Shown one piece after another: positions 48,311-62,500 of a DNA stretch of 64,000 nucleotides. Positions within the stretch are counted from its first letter, which is position 1. Every line of letters starts with the position of its first letter. The notes beneath the pieces were generated by a model. That model did no database searches and was not told the DNA's origin. It saw only the letters and a list, made by a program, of their open reading frames with translations. Both the position numbers and the translations under genes were made by a program. This stretch comes from Antedon mediterranea (taxonomy: Eukaryota; Animalia; Echinodermata): positions 24,786,795-24,850,794 of the forward strand of contig NC_092670.1 in the NCBI RefSeq assembly GCF_964355755.1, in the 5' to 3' direction.

Positions 48311-51300
48311 GAGCCATTGTCTGTAAGAATCAAAGAAATATCAAAAAGAGTGGCAGACTCAAAAAAATGGATTTCTTTCAAATTTTGCACATGGCTATAT
48401 ATGTGTTGAGAGAAATCAAATATGAAGTATTTTTTATTCCACACGTATATTTCCATGGCAACGGCCAAATTTGTGTTTTTGACAAATTTTGTCCCTTTTT
48501 AAGGTTTTTTAAAATGGATATTGGTACTACTTTGATGAACGATATTTTTGTTTTGTTCATTTAATTATAAAAAATAATTAGTGTATGCATAATAACAATG
48601 CATTGTGCACCTGTTTCAAATTTTTTATTTTTTTTTATTTCATACTTTGGGAGATACCATTTATTTAAAAAGGGGTGTTTTTCACTTTTTTTTAATTGTT
48701 CAATGCAACTAAACTTTACTTCACCATAACGCCCAAAGTGGTGTATTTTTTTAGCTGATTTATTACAAATAGGTAGTTCCAATGTTTAATAATTGATTTC
48801 TAAAATAAAATACTGGGGTAAATTTAAAATCTGCAAGCAGTGTTGCGAGAAACATAGGCATTTTTATATTAAAAAAAACATGGTATATTAGTAAAAACAT
48901 TTTATTTTCTTTGATTATTTGATTTGAAACTCATTGGTCAGAAAAATTCTTAATGTTTTATATAGTTCTAGTTGTGTTGTGAGAAAAAACTTTTTTTTTT
49001 AATTATAGATTCTGTAATTCCCAGTTTTAATGTCATTTTATAGGTTATATCCTCGGGAAATTTGAATAAATTATCAGATCGTTGTGAATTTTAATCTTTG
49101 CAACAGATTACTCCTCTCTTATTTTGAAGCTCCTCTTTCATTTGTTTACTTGTTTTATTTGCTAACCTAAGCAGATCCCACATGCCCATCAACCACCATT
49201 TTCGACTACCATCCCTCCCCTTTCCCCCCCCCCCCCACCCCGACTATAACCACAAAAAGATAAACTGCAACACTTTGGTCGATCATCCACTATAGAGTGT
49301 CAAATGCATGCATTCAAGCACCACCCACACTGCCGCTACTATCGCCCCAATGAATAGACAGATTCAAACTCCTCCATCCCACCCCCTCCTCCTTTCTCCA
49401 AGCCCCACCCACCCCAAGTTAACAATTGCAATGCAAAAGATAGAACATAAAGTTAAGTTTTTAGACCCTCGCCTTCAACCTCCTAACTATTTAAAAGTTC
49501 TGGATCCACCACTTTTCCCTCCCCAAAATAGAACCAATCAAAAGTCAATGATATACTCAGGTATGTTAATGCTACATAACAAATATAGAAGCCCTGATTT
49601 GAAATTTCATTTCATTTAAGGTCAGCATGTAAAATATCAGACTTTATTATTAAATATTGGTTTTAAATTCTATATTTTTTTAACGGTGTGTTTGGATTCA
49701 GTATTAATTATTAATTAATAATTATCTGATAATTATTTAATTTCCCTTAGTTATGCATAGCAACAGTTACTATGGTAACTAAAATTGAGATATTCTTTAG
49801 ATTTTGCATATTTATCTTATACAAATTTAATTTTAATTTGTAGATTATTAGCAGGCAATACCTTATTTGCATTTTTAAATTACCGTTTCACAAGGTCATA
49901 TTCGTAAGCACTTTCTTCTGTGATTATTTTTATTCATGAAAACCCCATATTTTATTTACAGCGGCCACCTCCCTTAACGGACGCACTTTGAAAAGCCTGT
50001 TTGTTCTTCCTATCTAATTAGTGCATTTGGTGCTTACCGTAAGCAGCTGCGGGCACCTTTTTATACAAAAAATGAGATTTTTAGTAAGCGGCCAATCGAA
50101 AAATGCAATACTTATTGCATGGACCTATGAATTACAGGTGCATGTTTATTGTATTTCTTTATATATTAGCTTTATTTTGAAGAGGTTTTAAAAACATTAC
50201 TGTGAAGAGATGAGAAAACTACACTGATTTTGACCGACCATTTTTCATATGATAAAAGTTTTTAAAATTTGTCTGAAAATGCTAAAAAATACTAAACCAC
50301 CTGATTATAAATAATAATAGGCCTACAATTATAAGCGGCCACTTTTCCAGGTCCCGAGGGTGGCCACTTACGGGAGGTTCTTGAACTGTATTTAAACAAG
50401 AATATTTCTTACAAAAAACGCTGCTTGCTTATTTTTATTGCTAAGGTCAAGTCTGGGGGTCACTTCATCAAGCCTAGATACTTCAGGTATCCTATTACAA
50501 ACAAAAACTTCAATGGACTGTTTTGATAATAATTCAATGATTATCTGACAGTGAATTATAGTAATATCATGGGACTCATAAATACCAGAAATGCTTTATG
50601 ATTTGTCATTAGACTCTTTTCTCAGCCGTTTTTTGGATTCAACAGGTGGTACCTATAAATTATAGTCGAGTTTCCATTTTTAACAAAAATGTCAAAGTGT
50701 AGTACTATACTGCTGCTTGATTTCATCTAATGAATGAGTCATCTCGTGTGACGTAGCGGGCTAGAGCAGCAATTATCCTTAGTTATGCATAGAAACAGGT
50801 TCTAAGATAACATAAATAATACATTTTGACATAACTTGACCCAACAAATAACCCTTTCACAAGGTCAGACATTTTCTGGGATTCAGTAGATAAGTAAATT
50901 TGGGAAAAGGTAGTAAAGCTATGTAATCAAATGTTTGTAGTCATGAAACCCCATATTAAAAATATTGTACTTAGTTAGTATAGAAACAGTTGCTACAATC
51001 AATACACTATAGGTAAAATGTTGATGTCATTTGACCTCAATATGTAATTTTTTTTTTTCATGAAAACTCCATATTTTATTTTTTTTACCTTTATTCATAT
51101 TCGTCAAGACTTTCTTTCTGAGATTATTAGGATTCAGTATTTAAAGTAAATTTGGCAAAAAGTAGAAATGTAAAACTATGTAGAAAAAATGTTTTGTATT
51201 TATGAAAAACCCCTTTTCGCATAGAAACAGTTGCTATGGTAAAATGTTGACCTCAAATGAATGAATTTACAAGGTCAAGTTTGTCATTAATGGAATGCAG

Positions 51301-52424
51301 TAGAAGTAAAATTGAGAAAAATTACAAATGCAATCAATTCTTTGTATTTATAAAAACGCCATTTTTTACATTTTTTTAAAAATTACTTTCCTTAGTTACA
51401 CATAGAAATGGTTGCTAAGGTAACACATTAGGTAAAATATTAAAATTTTTGAGAATTGTTATGAACTATCTTGTAAATGTTGATCAAACATTAATAGTTG
51501 TAGTAAAGTGGGGACCTGTCCTGTTTTGCATTCTGACCCCTTTTGACCTTAAATGACCTATTTACAAGGTCAGATTTTTTGGGAGGTCTTTCTGTATCTC
51601 TTTACACAAAATAGATTTAAAAATTTATAAAAACCATTGACGCAATTATTTCCAAGTTTAACATTATTTTCCATCAACTAAATATTTCAATGCAAAATAC
51701 TGTTTTTCTGGCAATTAATTGAAATAAACCTGGCAACACATTCTCCTATTTTATCTAAACTATTCGTATGACTCTAGTAGCATTATGACAAGCCACATAT
51801 ACATTTTATTATTGGATTAGCCATATTTAAATTGTGTTTCATGTGTTTTGTTTGTTGATATTTTATTATATTTTTTGTATTTTTCGTATTTTCCTGGCAA
51901 CATAAAACCTATGTACGAAATTTACCCCAGTGTTTTTTCCGTGATTATTGTTGACAAACCTATTGACTATCAAATTAAAAAACCTCATTGATTTAAAAAC
52001 ACCACTTTGGAAGTTATAGGTACGTTTATGAGGTATACTTTTATAAAAAAAATATTTTATAAAAACACCCCTTTTTAAAATAATGGTATCAACCAAACTC
52101 CATTTTGTATTTTTTTTTTTTTTACATTAAATGGAACTCAATACATGTTGTTTACACTGCTACAAACAAAAACTGTATACTGTAAGTATTTTTGGTTAAA
52201 ATAAGTATACAAGTTTGTACTTTTTCACTATAGAAAATCTGTGAAAAATGGCAAAAACATCAAAATTTGGATAATTGACCGTTGTCATGGCAACGGAGGC
52301 TAAAAATTCAAATGAATGATGTAGATATGCTTTTTAGTGAAATGTCTATTCATGGTAAAAATTTGAGAGAAATCCATTTTTTTACATCTGCCACCAAATC
52401 TTTGATTTTTACAGACAATGGCTC
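48311..52424. mobile_element. Sola3-like non-autonomous DNA transposon, 4.1 kb, long imperfect TIRs, TTAA TSD
   Basis: TTAA|GAGCCATTGTCTGTAA ... TTACAGACAATGGCTC|TTAA. Inverted similarity extends more than 500 bp (48653-48682 vs 52061-52090; 48808-48825 vs 51918-51936). GAG..CTC termini, TTAA and long TIRs are Sola3 traits. No transposase ORF. Confidence 0.8.
49957..50390. mobile_element. TcMar/Tigger-like MITE nested in the Sola3-like element
   Basis: TACAGCGGCCACCTCCCTTAA ... GGTGGCCACTTACGGGAGGTTCTTGAACTGTA: TA-flanked CAG..CTG ends and repeated AAGCGGCCA motifs. Confidence 0.6.
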
Positions 52425-53446
52425 TTAATGTTTCATTACATGATTTCTAAACATTTTCTACCTTTTTTCATTATTTTCTTTTTTTTCCTCATTGATATAA
52501 TTTTAATCTTTAGTATCATACCATTTACTTCTTAACATTCTTCTTTGTTGTTTGTTAAATCGTCTATTTACAATAACCAATTGTATATTAATTAATAAAA
52601 TGATCATTGTGTTTTTAAAACAAACAAAAATGTAAACAAATATTTAAATCTACAAAATTAATTATTAATATTATATTATAATTGTTCTTGATTGTAAGAC
52701 AAATCACTATTACGTGTCGAGAGACATCCGTTACACCTCCCTCCACCAAACTAACTGACGGACGGACGAAAGTACATATTATTCTTGTGGGATGTTAGTC
52801 TGGATTAACATCGTAATGATACGTTTTACTCGAGAGATTTCGCCTAAGCCTATTGGTGGATTAATGCATTTTCTTTTTTAATATCTCATTATTTATATTC
52901 ATAGCGGTTTCATGTATTTGTCAATACTACTATATACATAGTATTATTATAGAATATTCAAAATGTATCTAATGAAACATTCAATATGATTTCAAAGCGC
53001 TTTAATGTCTTAGCGCAACGCAGTCCGGATATTAGAACGACGATATTTGATAAATTGATATTGATATAAAATATATACTCATAATTGGCGGTTAAAGTTG
53101 CTGTAAGCGAAAGCTGTACATATACAAGATATCACAAAGAAGTTCTGCATTATTTATACGAGTAGTAATTCCTAGATTAACATAAATATTTTCTTCTGAT
53201 TTAAAATAATCGTAAAAGACGTTTTCATCTTTAGGTTACTTGGCTTTCTGATGTTTTCTTGTAGGTTCCCTTTTTAACGAATGAAAGTTGAATAAAACAA
53301 AATTAAATTAAACTGTAGATTGTTCTATTTTAGACGTTATTCATTTTTTATTTGGTGGATTTTTAATGTGCCTAATGTTGACAGTTATTAAATTTTAAAT
53401 CATCAATTGTCGGTGTCACAACTTCGACCCGGAGAGGGCCAAGAGG

Positions 53447-53835
53447 AAGGGTACCATATTATACCAGTATCACAACAACAAGGGCACCGTATCCCAGTAT
53501 GGGGAAGAGGTATCATACCATATTTGAATTTGAGCAGGGGTACCAATACCAGTATCGGGAAGGGGTACCATACCATATTTGAATTTGAGCAGGGGTACCA
53601 TATACCAGTATATGGAAGGGGTACCATACCATGAGTATCTGGGCAGGGGTACCATAATTCCAGTATTGGGAACGGATACCAGTATCGGGAAGAGGTATCA
53701 TACCATATTTGAATTTGAGCAGGGGTACCATATACCAGTATCGGGAAGGGGACCCATACCATGAGTATCTGGGCAGGGGTACCATAATTCCAGTATTGGG
53801 ACGGATACCAGTATCAGGAAGGGGGCCATTTATTA
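53447..53835. repeat. Composite minisatellite (~55-bp subunits, ~130-bp higher-order repeat)
   Basis: ACCATATTTGAATTTGAGCAGGGGTACCA at 53517, 53572, 53702; ACCATGAGTATCTGGGCAGGGGTACCATAATTCCAGTATTGGGA at 53628 and 53758. Confidence 0.9.
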
Positions 53836-56800
53836 TACCAACACTACGAGCATACAAGCACTACTATGGGAACACGTCCGTTTTTGGTCAAACTTAACGC
53901 AACACCGTCTTTCTAATGTGAAACCACATTAACCTTGTTTTCGTTACATAACATATTTTTCTCAATAAATCATAGGATTTCCACCTGTTCAGAATGAATG
54001 AACACTCAGAAAATATGAATAAAATCTCTCGTAAATTTACAAATGTAGAAACGAAGAGGGTATGCCAAAACGTGGTTCACGGATAATTATTTTTGTTTAT
54101 AATATGTAACCAACGTCTCTCTTAAAACGTCTACGTAAAGTGAAACAAAAAAGCACAAAACAAAACTCGGTAGGCCTAGGCCTCTCGTATAATCGCTTCC
54201 TTAGCTCGTGTCAGGACCTCCGTGCCTACGATTTATGTACGCATTGTTAACAATCTTATCCATTTATTCTAAAACCGTTAAAACCATTAGGTAAATTGGA
54301 AAGTATTAAGGAAAAATACTAGTAATTAATTATTCAAAGAAAACTATACACGTTGCTGTTATTACAATACTAGCCAACGGGTGAAGTTACAATATTGCTG
54401 ATAGAAGTGTAAATGTTGGTATTGATTGAACATTAGCGTAACCTCAGGAGACAGGCTGATAGAACTTAATTGTGGGCACTTGGGGTTAATGACATGCAAT
54501 ATTAAAATCATGAAATAGGACAGAAAGTACAGTGATGCTTTATGTTAGTTTGACGCTAACATTTATGACTTTTTCTACAAATGAGTTATTGACATTTCCG
54601 ATCTCGCATATATAGCGCACAGTGCCACAGATCTGCCTATATTTTCTTAAAGTCACCCAGGCGTTTTTATCTTTTGTAGGCCTACTAATATTCCGCTCGA
54701 GATAAGTGCAGAGGTTTTGTTTGAAATAAATGTATCGATATCCTGTCCTACAAGCCCTTAGGTAACCCATTTATGTCGAATGGCCTTGGTTCAACAATCA
54801 ACCTATATATTTAGTAGGCCTACTTACTACAGCATCTGACAATTAAACACTATTAACCAGTTGGGTAGTGTCGCGGAAAGCACTAGGCCTATATGGTCAT
54901 TAAAAATACGGTATTATTTATTGTTATGTCATATAAAAATATGATGGCCGTCTTGGCGTATGGTGCCATAACAAAACATGGCCGTCTTAGCAGAGGATAA
55001 CCGGTCCCTGTATTCATTTTTCACAGTACAGAACCAATGTGGTCCTCATTTACACATGTCATTTATAGCATATACGGATTGTGTAAATGTTTTTTATTAT
55101 AAAATTCTCGTATAGAAAAAAAAATCGCAAACCGGATATAGACTGCCCCCTATTGATAAGTATTAAACCAAAACTGTAAAAACGATGATAGTAGTCTGCG
55201 TACGGTATGGTAGTTAAATGTCACCTGTCATGTGATCTAATAATTTAGAACAATATTGAATAAATATAATAATGTTTGATTGTATGCAGAACAAAATGGA
55301 TGACGTATGATGACGTACAAAATCGCAGTTCAATAAATTGGTTTTATAACATTTATTATTATAATATAAATCCTCAACATTTTAAAATCACAACTATGAA
55401 TTTAGAAAATAGTTCGAGATTTTAAAATGTTTCAAAATGTTCCCTTGATAATTTGCAAACAAGTAGATATTGGGAATGGCAAATACATTCAGTAAACGCC
55501 ATTAGCAGAAACAGAACATATAATTCTGCTTTAACGAATTAAGTATTCTTTCTAGACGACAAGATATAAATAATGACAATAAAAATGCGTTTTAAAGTTC
55601 CCTAGGCGATGAACATCAACATCTATTATATATTTAAACACGAATAGTTTATATTTGCCTTTTAAAAAGTTTACACTCATAAAAAAACCGTCGTTTAGAA
55701 TAAAAACATAATTTAGTAAATAAAGATTTTTCTTCTTATATATTTATGTGTATATTTAGACACGTGTATGTTTTATATTATCTTTGAAACAATATTAAAA
55801 TAGAATTTCAAAAATAAAAGCACTTTACAGACAAATTATTCAGTAGAAATTCTTTACAATGCAATTGCCATACAGTATATGCAATTCTACATCTTACTCC
55901 TTCTCCTTTAAACCATTCAATAATAATATAACTTATAATTATTCTCTATAAATTTATAAAGTATAAGTACTGTAATATTAGAGAAAAGTAAAATACTCTT
56001 CCCGGCCCTCGTGGTAATATCTATAACATCGATGTTTTTCTTAACCGTAATTGGATGTGAAAAGTTGACAACACTATATGCAAGCACCAGATTATCTACG
56101 TTACACTCCCCTGGGTGGTTCATCGGTTTGTGAATATAGTTTTACATTATTAACCAGTTTTAATCTAGTAAACAATATAATCTTGCATACATTTGATACA
56201 CAAACTGCAACATGCATAAGAAATGTCTTGTAAAATATTTATTAATCGTAAAGTTTCACTACTGAAACAAATAGCAGCAATATTACTAGAGAATCTGGAT
56301 CAGTCAAATAATCTAGAATTTAAAAAATGTGAAATAGTAACAGTTGTTTGTACTAGGCCTACATAAAACCAAATATGTAAATGTCTTAAATACCATACTT
56401 TGAATTTGGTGAAAGAAACAAATCTACTAAAATACCACTTAACATAGGACGCAGCTATTAAAATCCATCAAGTATATCGTAAGTAAAACCAAAGAGCAAG
56501 GAAACAACATTTTACGTGCGCAGTAAAACGCAGACGAGGAAAACGGTTCGGCTTTGTGACGTCACAGGCGAATTATGACATAATATATGGTATGTCATAA
56601 CATAATATGAGAATACATAATTATCAAGTTACATTGTTCAACATTATTTACCGACAAGTTTTGCGCAATTATTCTGTTTAAAAAAAAATGTTTTTTAATT
56701 TTAAGGCAATACTTTAACGCAATTACTTATAAAGTATGCATATTATATTAGGCCTACACGACTTGCGTGCTCAAACCATGCATTTAAACATTATACACGA

Positions 56801-58943
56801 GACGAAGATTTATCTGTCAATAGGCATTTACTTTTCTCTGCACAACATGCAACATGTAATGAGTATTGATATACAATACGTTTTATTTTATAACAGATCG
56901 CTTTTATTTTACCACGATGCATCGCCCTATATGTTGATCTTTTATGGTCGGTACGGTACTGTGTACATTACCGGTACATTATTGTATATATTAATACGGG
57001 GCGCATCATGTTACTGTTTTTATATATTAATACGGGGCGCATCATTAGTTTAAAAGGCATGGGTGGTTACAGTGCAAAACAATGTATAGAGGGTTAGTGT
57101 GGATTTAAACATTTCTGATTCTACAGCTCGTTAATCATAATGCCTTCTTTGGTAAAGTTATTTATACTATTATATTATTTTCTAGCATATTTTACCTACC
57201 GGTTCATCGACAAAATTGTACACAAATATTATAAATACAATAGCAAAATTTCTCTTTATGAACTTCGTTGTTTAATAACCTAATTTACTGTTAGTCAATA
57301 CACCTATAATGTTACAAAATGGAAATAATCGAGAAAACGGCTGTAGCACAACAACCGAACGTCGAGATGCTTAACTTTACTATTTCAATTTTGGAAACAC
57401 ATATGTACCAAAAACTGTTTTAGTCTTTATTCGCCATGCAAACATTTCAACAATGATGTATTGCACTCAACATATCAATTAAACCAGAAACCTTTAATTA
57501 TCCCCTTCGCTTAATTTAAATCCACAACATTAATGCTCGTATTCATAAGTATTTCTATATTGGAGAACGTGACTATACATTTTTCATTTGTGCATCATTT
57601 TTGCTTCACGATTACGGAATAAAGGTAGTACAGTATCATTTGTGGAATCGTTACCAAAATAGCTCATCAATAAATAATTGCACGACATCAGTTTGTTTAG
57701 GCCTTTTCAATATCATTCTATAACACGTAGAAAACGGTACGGTATCTAAATTTGCATAAATTTGCATAATATCCTCCTCGACCGTAGTATGTCATAAACC
57801 ATTTATTTCAAAAATCATCATCATCATAACAATATTACTAAAAAGTGCATATTGATATTCAATAATAATTATTATATCTACTGTATGTCAAATGACGTCA
57901 TGACTGTTTTATAATTTATATTGACGTACTGTTGTTAAACAACAACAAATGTACTGTCGCAAGGGATCGTGTTCAAATATTTTATGAATGAAGAAATTAC
58001 TGCAGTAATATAACTATACAGCTACCACAGTATATAATTGTTGATATATATGTGAGTGATTTGTCAGTGAAATTTCACCCTCTTAACATATGGAGCTTTC
58101 AAACGACGCGCCACTAGGAAGCTAAAAAGTAAATCTGCGCATGCTCCAGTGGTGCGTCATGAAAACAAAATCTGGCTATATTAGCGATTTTAAGCACGTT
58201 CGATATAATGAATCCCAATTTATTTTGTTAAAATATCTAAATAAGGATGACATTGAAGATCTTATTTTGATTTCAAGAACGTTTTGTGAAGACAAATTCA
58301 ATTATAAAGCTTCACGTAATTACTTTATGATGGTAGGCCTATCCAATTATTTTAGAAAATTGTGTTTTTTACTTTAAAAAATCTTAATTGAAAAAAATAT
58401 ATATATTGTGTACACGACATTGCAATAATAGTAAAATTAATTTGGATGATATTAAATGTAGCATACCAATATAGTGCAGTTTATTTAGTATATAAAGTTC
58501 GAGAGAACAAGACCACTTGACAATTTCCAAAAACTAGTAAAGTTTTACCATTGTTGACCAAATTGATCATCATCACTCTTCTCAGTCTACGTAAGGTCGC
58601 TTATCTCAACATTTAGAAAGACAAATTGTCTTTTTACCAGGCGGTTTTGCGAATACATTGCTAAAAACATCGAATACTCGGTTTCCAGATAATATTTTTA
58701 CTTATTTCCACACTAAACATCCGTCCTCTACATCGGCTAACTCGCAAATCGTTCTTCTGGATCTCTTTGCTGCTAGCATCATGTGCTTTCAGATGACAAG
58801 ATGAAACACTTTCAAAGATATGTACCAGTATATCGTCTGCTTATCCAAGTTTGATGATCCGCTAATATAAATCATCATTTATGGCAGGAAAAAAATCTGC
58901 ACTTGCTTGCTACTCTCATCCGTCAAGATGCCATTGAGAAATT

Positions 58944-59527
58944 TCATTGTACAGTGCAGCCGGTCTTCTTTTTCGGTTTTCCTTGAGTACCGCCGCCGCC
59001 GGCAACTGGCTCAACCATATTCACTTCTACGTCATCGTCCTCCTCGTCCTCTCGGACAACGCTGTTCCTCATATTTATTAAATCACTACGCAAACTTGGA
59101 CGTCTTGCATGAGGCGAAATGACGCCACAGGCTTCGCTGATCTTTCGTCGCATTGGCAGAGCTCTTTGGTTATTTCGAGGCGTCAAATTCGGGGGACTAG
59201 ACGCGCTAACTTTTCGGTGTAACGACGGACTCATCTCACTCGGCATGCGCGCATTTTCAAACAAGTGTCTGAATAAAGTGTCTATATGGAGGTTCTTTTT
59301 AGCACTCGTTTCAACAAACGAACATCTTTTAAATGAAAATGCCTTTTTAGCTTCTTCTGCTGTTATTTCACGATTTGTATTATCACTTTTGTTGCCTGCT
59401 ATAACCATCGGTACGGCTTTAATGCCTTTATTGGCGCGAAATGTATCAACAATGTTTTCCCTTAAGCGTAATACCTCGTGATACGTGTCCCGGTTATCAA
59501 TGCTGTACGCTAAGATAAAAACGTCAC
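58944..59527 (-). CDS. RASD1: RASD family small GTPase (Dexras1/Rhes pro-ortholog), last coding exon; exon 1 not found in the window
   Basis: Acceptor ATTGCAG (intron ends 59528), then phase-1 (G)DVFILAYSIDNRDTYHEVLRLR, G4 VIAGNKSD, G5 ETSAKKN, RASD-specific MPSEMSPSLHRKVS and ACGVISPHARRPSLRSDL, and CAAX CTVQ-stop. The first 35 aa of ORF 58944-59633 are intronic. Confidence 0.93.
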
Positions 59528-62500
59528 CTGCAATATAATAAAACATTATTTTAAAATTTAAAATTAGGAACTCAAAGATATACATATCAAACATGAAAAA
59601 TTTAACTTGATCTGACATTGGATTATCGTACATAATGTGCTTATACTGAGAATTGATTTACAAAAGTAGTGAAACATTAAACTATATATCTATACTATAC
59701 AGGGTTTGGTAAAACTTTTTCCCGTCTAATTTGGCTTAAAGGCCAGGTGCAGGAAAAAAATATTTCTATTGATCATACATTCCAATAATTATCGATCTAT
59801 AGTTTCCCCTATGTTTCATAATTGTTGGGATTTTATTTGTGTTACACGAGCTTGTTGAGGGGGATAGTTCAAATTACACAGTGAAATCTCTATTCTTTTG
59901 TACACAAATTTTGTAAATAGAGAGGCATTTTAAAAAGCCATGAAAAATAAACGGTGTGGTAAAAAATGTTATCAGATGACTAAATATAGGTAATATAACT
60001 TGAATTTTACATTTCTGATATTTTTATTCAACTTTAGATTTTTATTTTCATGATATAGCAAAACTTACCCACCATATATCCACCATCATTTTTCACCAGA
60101 CATGTTATTACGTTAAACTACCTAACTACTGAAAAAACGTCTTCCTGGTTTTTATGGCAGAATTTTGCCAAATGTTGTATTTGACCATATTAAAGGAAAT
60201 TCATGTTTTTTTTGTCATGATTTCTGTTACAAATATTTGATTTATGTACAATTAACCAGATATTATACTTAAAATTCATGTCTGTACCTGAGCTTTTCAC
60301 CTAGACTTCCTTAAATTGATCTCCTCTGTTTTTTCTAAATGTCTCTTTTATCTTAAATCTTTTTTGTTTTGTTTAACCTGTAAATCTGTAGGCCTAGCAT
60401 TCAGCCTGTCAGTAATTTTAATGCGTGTTAATTTGCATATTATTAATATACCTTAAATCGTTATTATTTGACGTTAGTAAAAACGTTTAGATACACGACC
60501 TTGCATGCATTTTCAATCTAGTTAATTGTCTTGAATACATGCATCTATATAAGCTCAATGCTATTCTAATTCTTTTTAATTCCATACAGATTATTACATC
60601 TGAAATTTGTTTTCTAATTTCCTAATTTATTTTTCCTAAAATGTCAAAACCAATCAGAATGACCAAACCTGTTAAAGAGGCCTAATATATATTTTTTCAT
60701 GATCGGTATAACATTTCTAATAATATAATAAATCAACAAAATACAATTTTTACCATATTAAAGTTACAGTTAATCATCTTTTGACGTCATCAATATATTG
60801 ACCATTATCTTGAAAATCAATAACATCAAACATACAGTGATAACGAAAATATTCATGATGCAAAAAAAAAACTCGCGAAATACCTAAATGTGTAACATAG
60901 AACTTCAGTTTTCACAATGTTCGTTTTGTAGCAGACCTACCCCAATTGCATTTTATCATTTACTTTTAATTTTATTATTTATATCCTCTAGGCCTATACT
61001 TTTTACCTTCACCTTTCTTGTTAATGGATTTTAAGAATGTTCAACAGCAAACCACATTAATTCTCTTAATCCTAATTGGTCAGAGAAGATATATTACCAT
61101 TCATTGACTACTACTAACACTTCTTTCCCAACACCTTTCAATATAAGTATTATCTATTTAATGAGCATCCCCGCTTACTTTATACATTTAGTAGTTGTCA
61201 TATTTTACCGTTGCGCTAACAATTACTAAAGTTTCATGTTGTGAAGTGTTTGTCCAATATCAAATATACTTATTCAAACCTGAGTAGGAGTTGAAACCAA
61301 AAACTGAAATGCCTAAAAAGCTACAGAATCAATTATAGGGAACATTTATCACATTCAAAACACTACAGCTACACTGAATTATCACATTATACGTTTGTGA
61401 TTTCAAACCCTGACTATTGATCATGATATATAGATCATATTTCAATTTCATTATGCTAATCAATAACGAGTTAGCGGGCCACTGTTATTGGAGATAATAT
61501 CTTGTGTAGAGCATGCTCTAAAAGATGGAACTATAGACCCAGAAAGTAACAAATGACGACGATTGCTTCAATAGATGAAGCATGCTTTAGGCCTATTTAA
61601 TATTTGTTCCACATAATGTCGAGCCTCTAACATACAAACATTTTAAGTTTCTATTGTAAGGAAAGAAATTGAAATAGCCTTCTGGCATTATTGATTGATC
61701 AGCATGGCGGCATTAGAATTACAAACCATTGAAATGGTAAGAAAATAATGACTTGTATTAAATTAGAAAGTCTTCACCATGTTCTGCTGCTTTCTCCATC
61801 TCTGTAATTAGTGGCGGGATTTTTAAATAGAGGGAGGGATGAATGGTGAAATGAAGTAATCAAACCAGCAAGTTTATTTATTATTTATTACTCCTTGCTG
61901 ATAATCCAATCATTTGCATTGTACTTTTCCGCCTTGGATAATAATTAGTTTTTAAATTGGTGAAATACATTTGTTGTGAGGAGTTGTTGTAGTCATCACT
62001 AGCCTAATCGTATTTACTGTGTAAAGTATATTTAGGAAGGAATGTATAACGTCACTCTTGAATCGTACGCTAACCTACTAAGTTCTACCTACCTAATCTA
62101 CAAAGCTAACTAATCTTTAAAGCGCATTCTTTTTATGTCATGCCATTATCATAAATATCTATCTTAGTACTAAACTATTCTTTTGTTCATTTGCGTATAG
62201 GATATCCAACATATAACATAAAGTATAATTCAGTAAAGCATATATGGAAGTAATAATTGGCAAAGGTATTTGATTGCATTTGGGTTAGATTGATCGGTGG
62301 ATGGCAATCATTATGATTATGCATATGGCGCAAAAATATGTATTTTTAAACATGTCACATTCATGATACGGTCAAGATACACGTATGCCAAGTTAAACTT
62401 GGTTATCCCATTGGACGCAACGCAATGACGTGAGCGCGCCGTATGCCATTTAACCAATCACGACGTCGTGGATTATCCGAACTGTCGCTTGTAATTGGTC

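Noticed and set aside
53403-53897. Six overlapping ORFs
   Set aside because: All come from the composite minisatellite; no domain or splice support.
60600-60720. RASD exon 1 candidate ending TCT TTA ACA G|GTTTGG
   Set aside because: In-frame stop just upstream and no G1/G3 motifs. Exon 1 probably lies beyond 64000.
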